From Selaginella moellendorffii (Eukaryota > Plantae > Lycopodiophyta), in the NCBI RefSeq assembly GCF_000143415.4, contig NW_003314266.1, positions 456,463 to 520,462 on the forward strand: 64,000 nt of DNA. Reading direction: 5' to 3'. Positions 63,761 to 64,000 of the stretch are shown piece after piece. Within the stretch, counting starts at the first letter, position 1. Each line of letters opens with the position of its first letter. The notes beneath the pieces were generated by a model, which was not told the DNA's origin, searched no databases, and saw only the letters and a program-made list of their open reading frames with translations. The position numbers and the translations under genes were made by a program.

Positions 63761-64000
63761 TTTAGAGACGGCTCGATCTCTTTCTCTTGAGTGTCATACA
63801 CCTTAATGCGTCCCAAAAGGGAATCGTCACAAACATTGACCTCAAGAAAAAAAGTAAAGAATCCAACCTACAAACGTCAGGGGCAGCGTGCCCAGCGTCA
63901 AAACCTCAAACTCGCACGACTGAAGCCTGTATTTTGTTCCATACTCTTCAATATAAGGCTTCGCAGTATCACGAATGATCTTGCAAATAGCCTGCATTTG

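Overview
Eukaryotic land-plant DNA. The ~50-nt introns, TTTAGGG tract, microbial-type terpene synthase and EUL lectins point to a lycophyte such as Selaginella (inference). The first ~38 kb is nested mobile DNA and the rest is a compact gene island. The main object is a ~13-kb DNA transposon (5499-18571) with 24-bp TIRs and apparent 4-bp TSDs; a near-identical inverted partial copy lies at 1-3321. It encodes a 1022-aa Sola-like DDD transposase on the - strand. Divergently it carries one >=11-exon gene of ~1,600 codons that joins a ParB/Srx-like domain, a degenerate N4/N6 DNA-methyltransferase-like fold and an FCP1-like HAD phosphatase. About 25 copies of a 22-bp palindrome (ATGGCRTG-NGNNCN-CAYGCCAT) are scattered through the element's UTRs, introns and coding exons, and I found no full copy outside it. 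This looks like a self-recognition system analogous to ParB/parS or VANC, but that function is inferred. The TSDs of the two copies are swapped, implying an inversion or mis-scaffolding inside the host Gypsy relic. Other mobile/repeat DNA: palindromic satellites, a SWIM-type transposase relic, two TRIM copies and a decayed Copia. Genes in the island: EUL lectins, a GT29 sialyltransferase-like gene, tRNA-Cys, a short VTI1-like gene, CCB2, RH50, SnRK2, an MTPSL pseudogene, a 10-Cys hevein-like peptide and a synaptotagmin pseudogene. All domain calls come from motif recognition by eye, not database searches.
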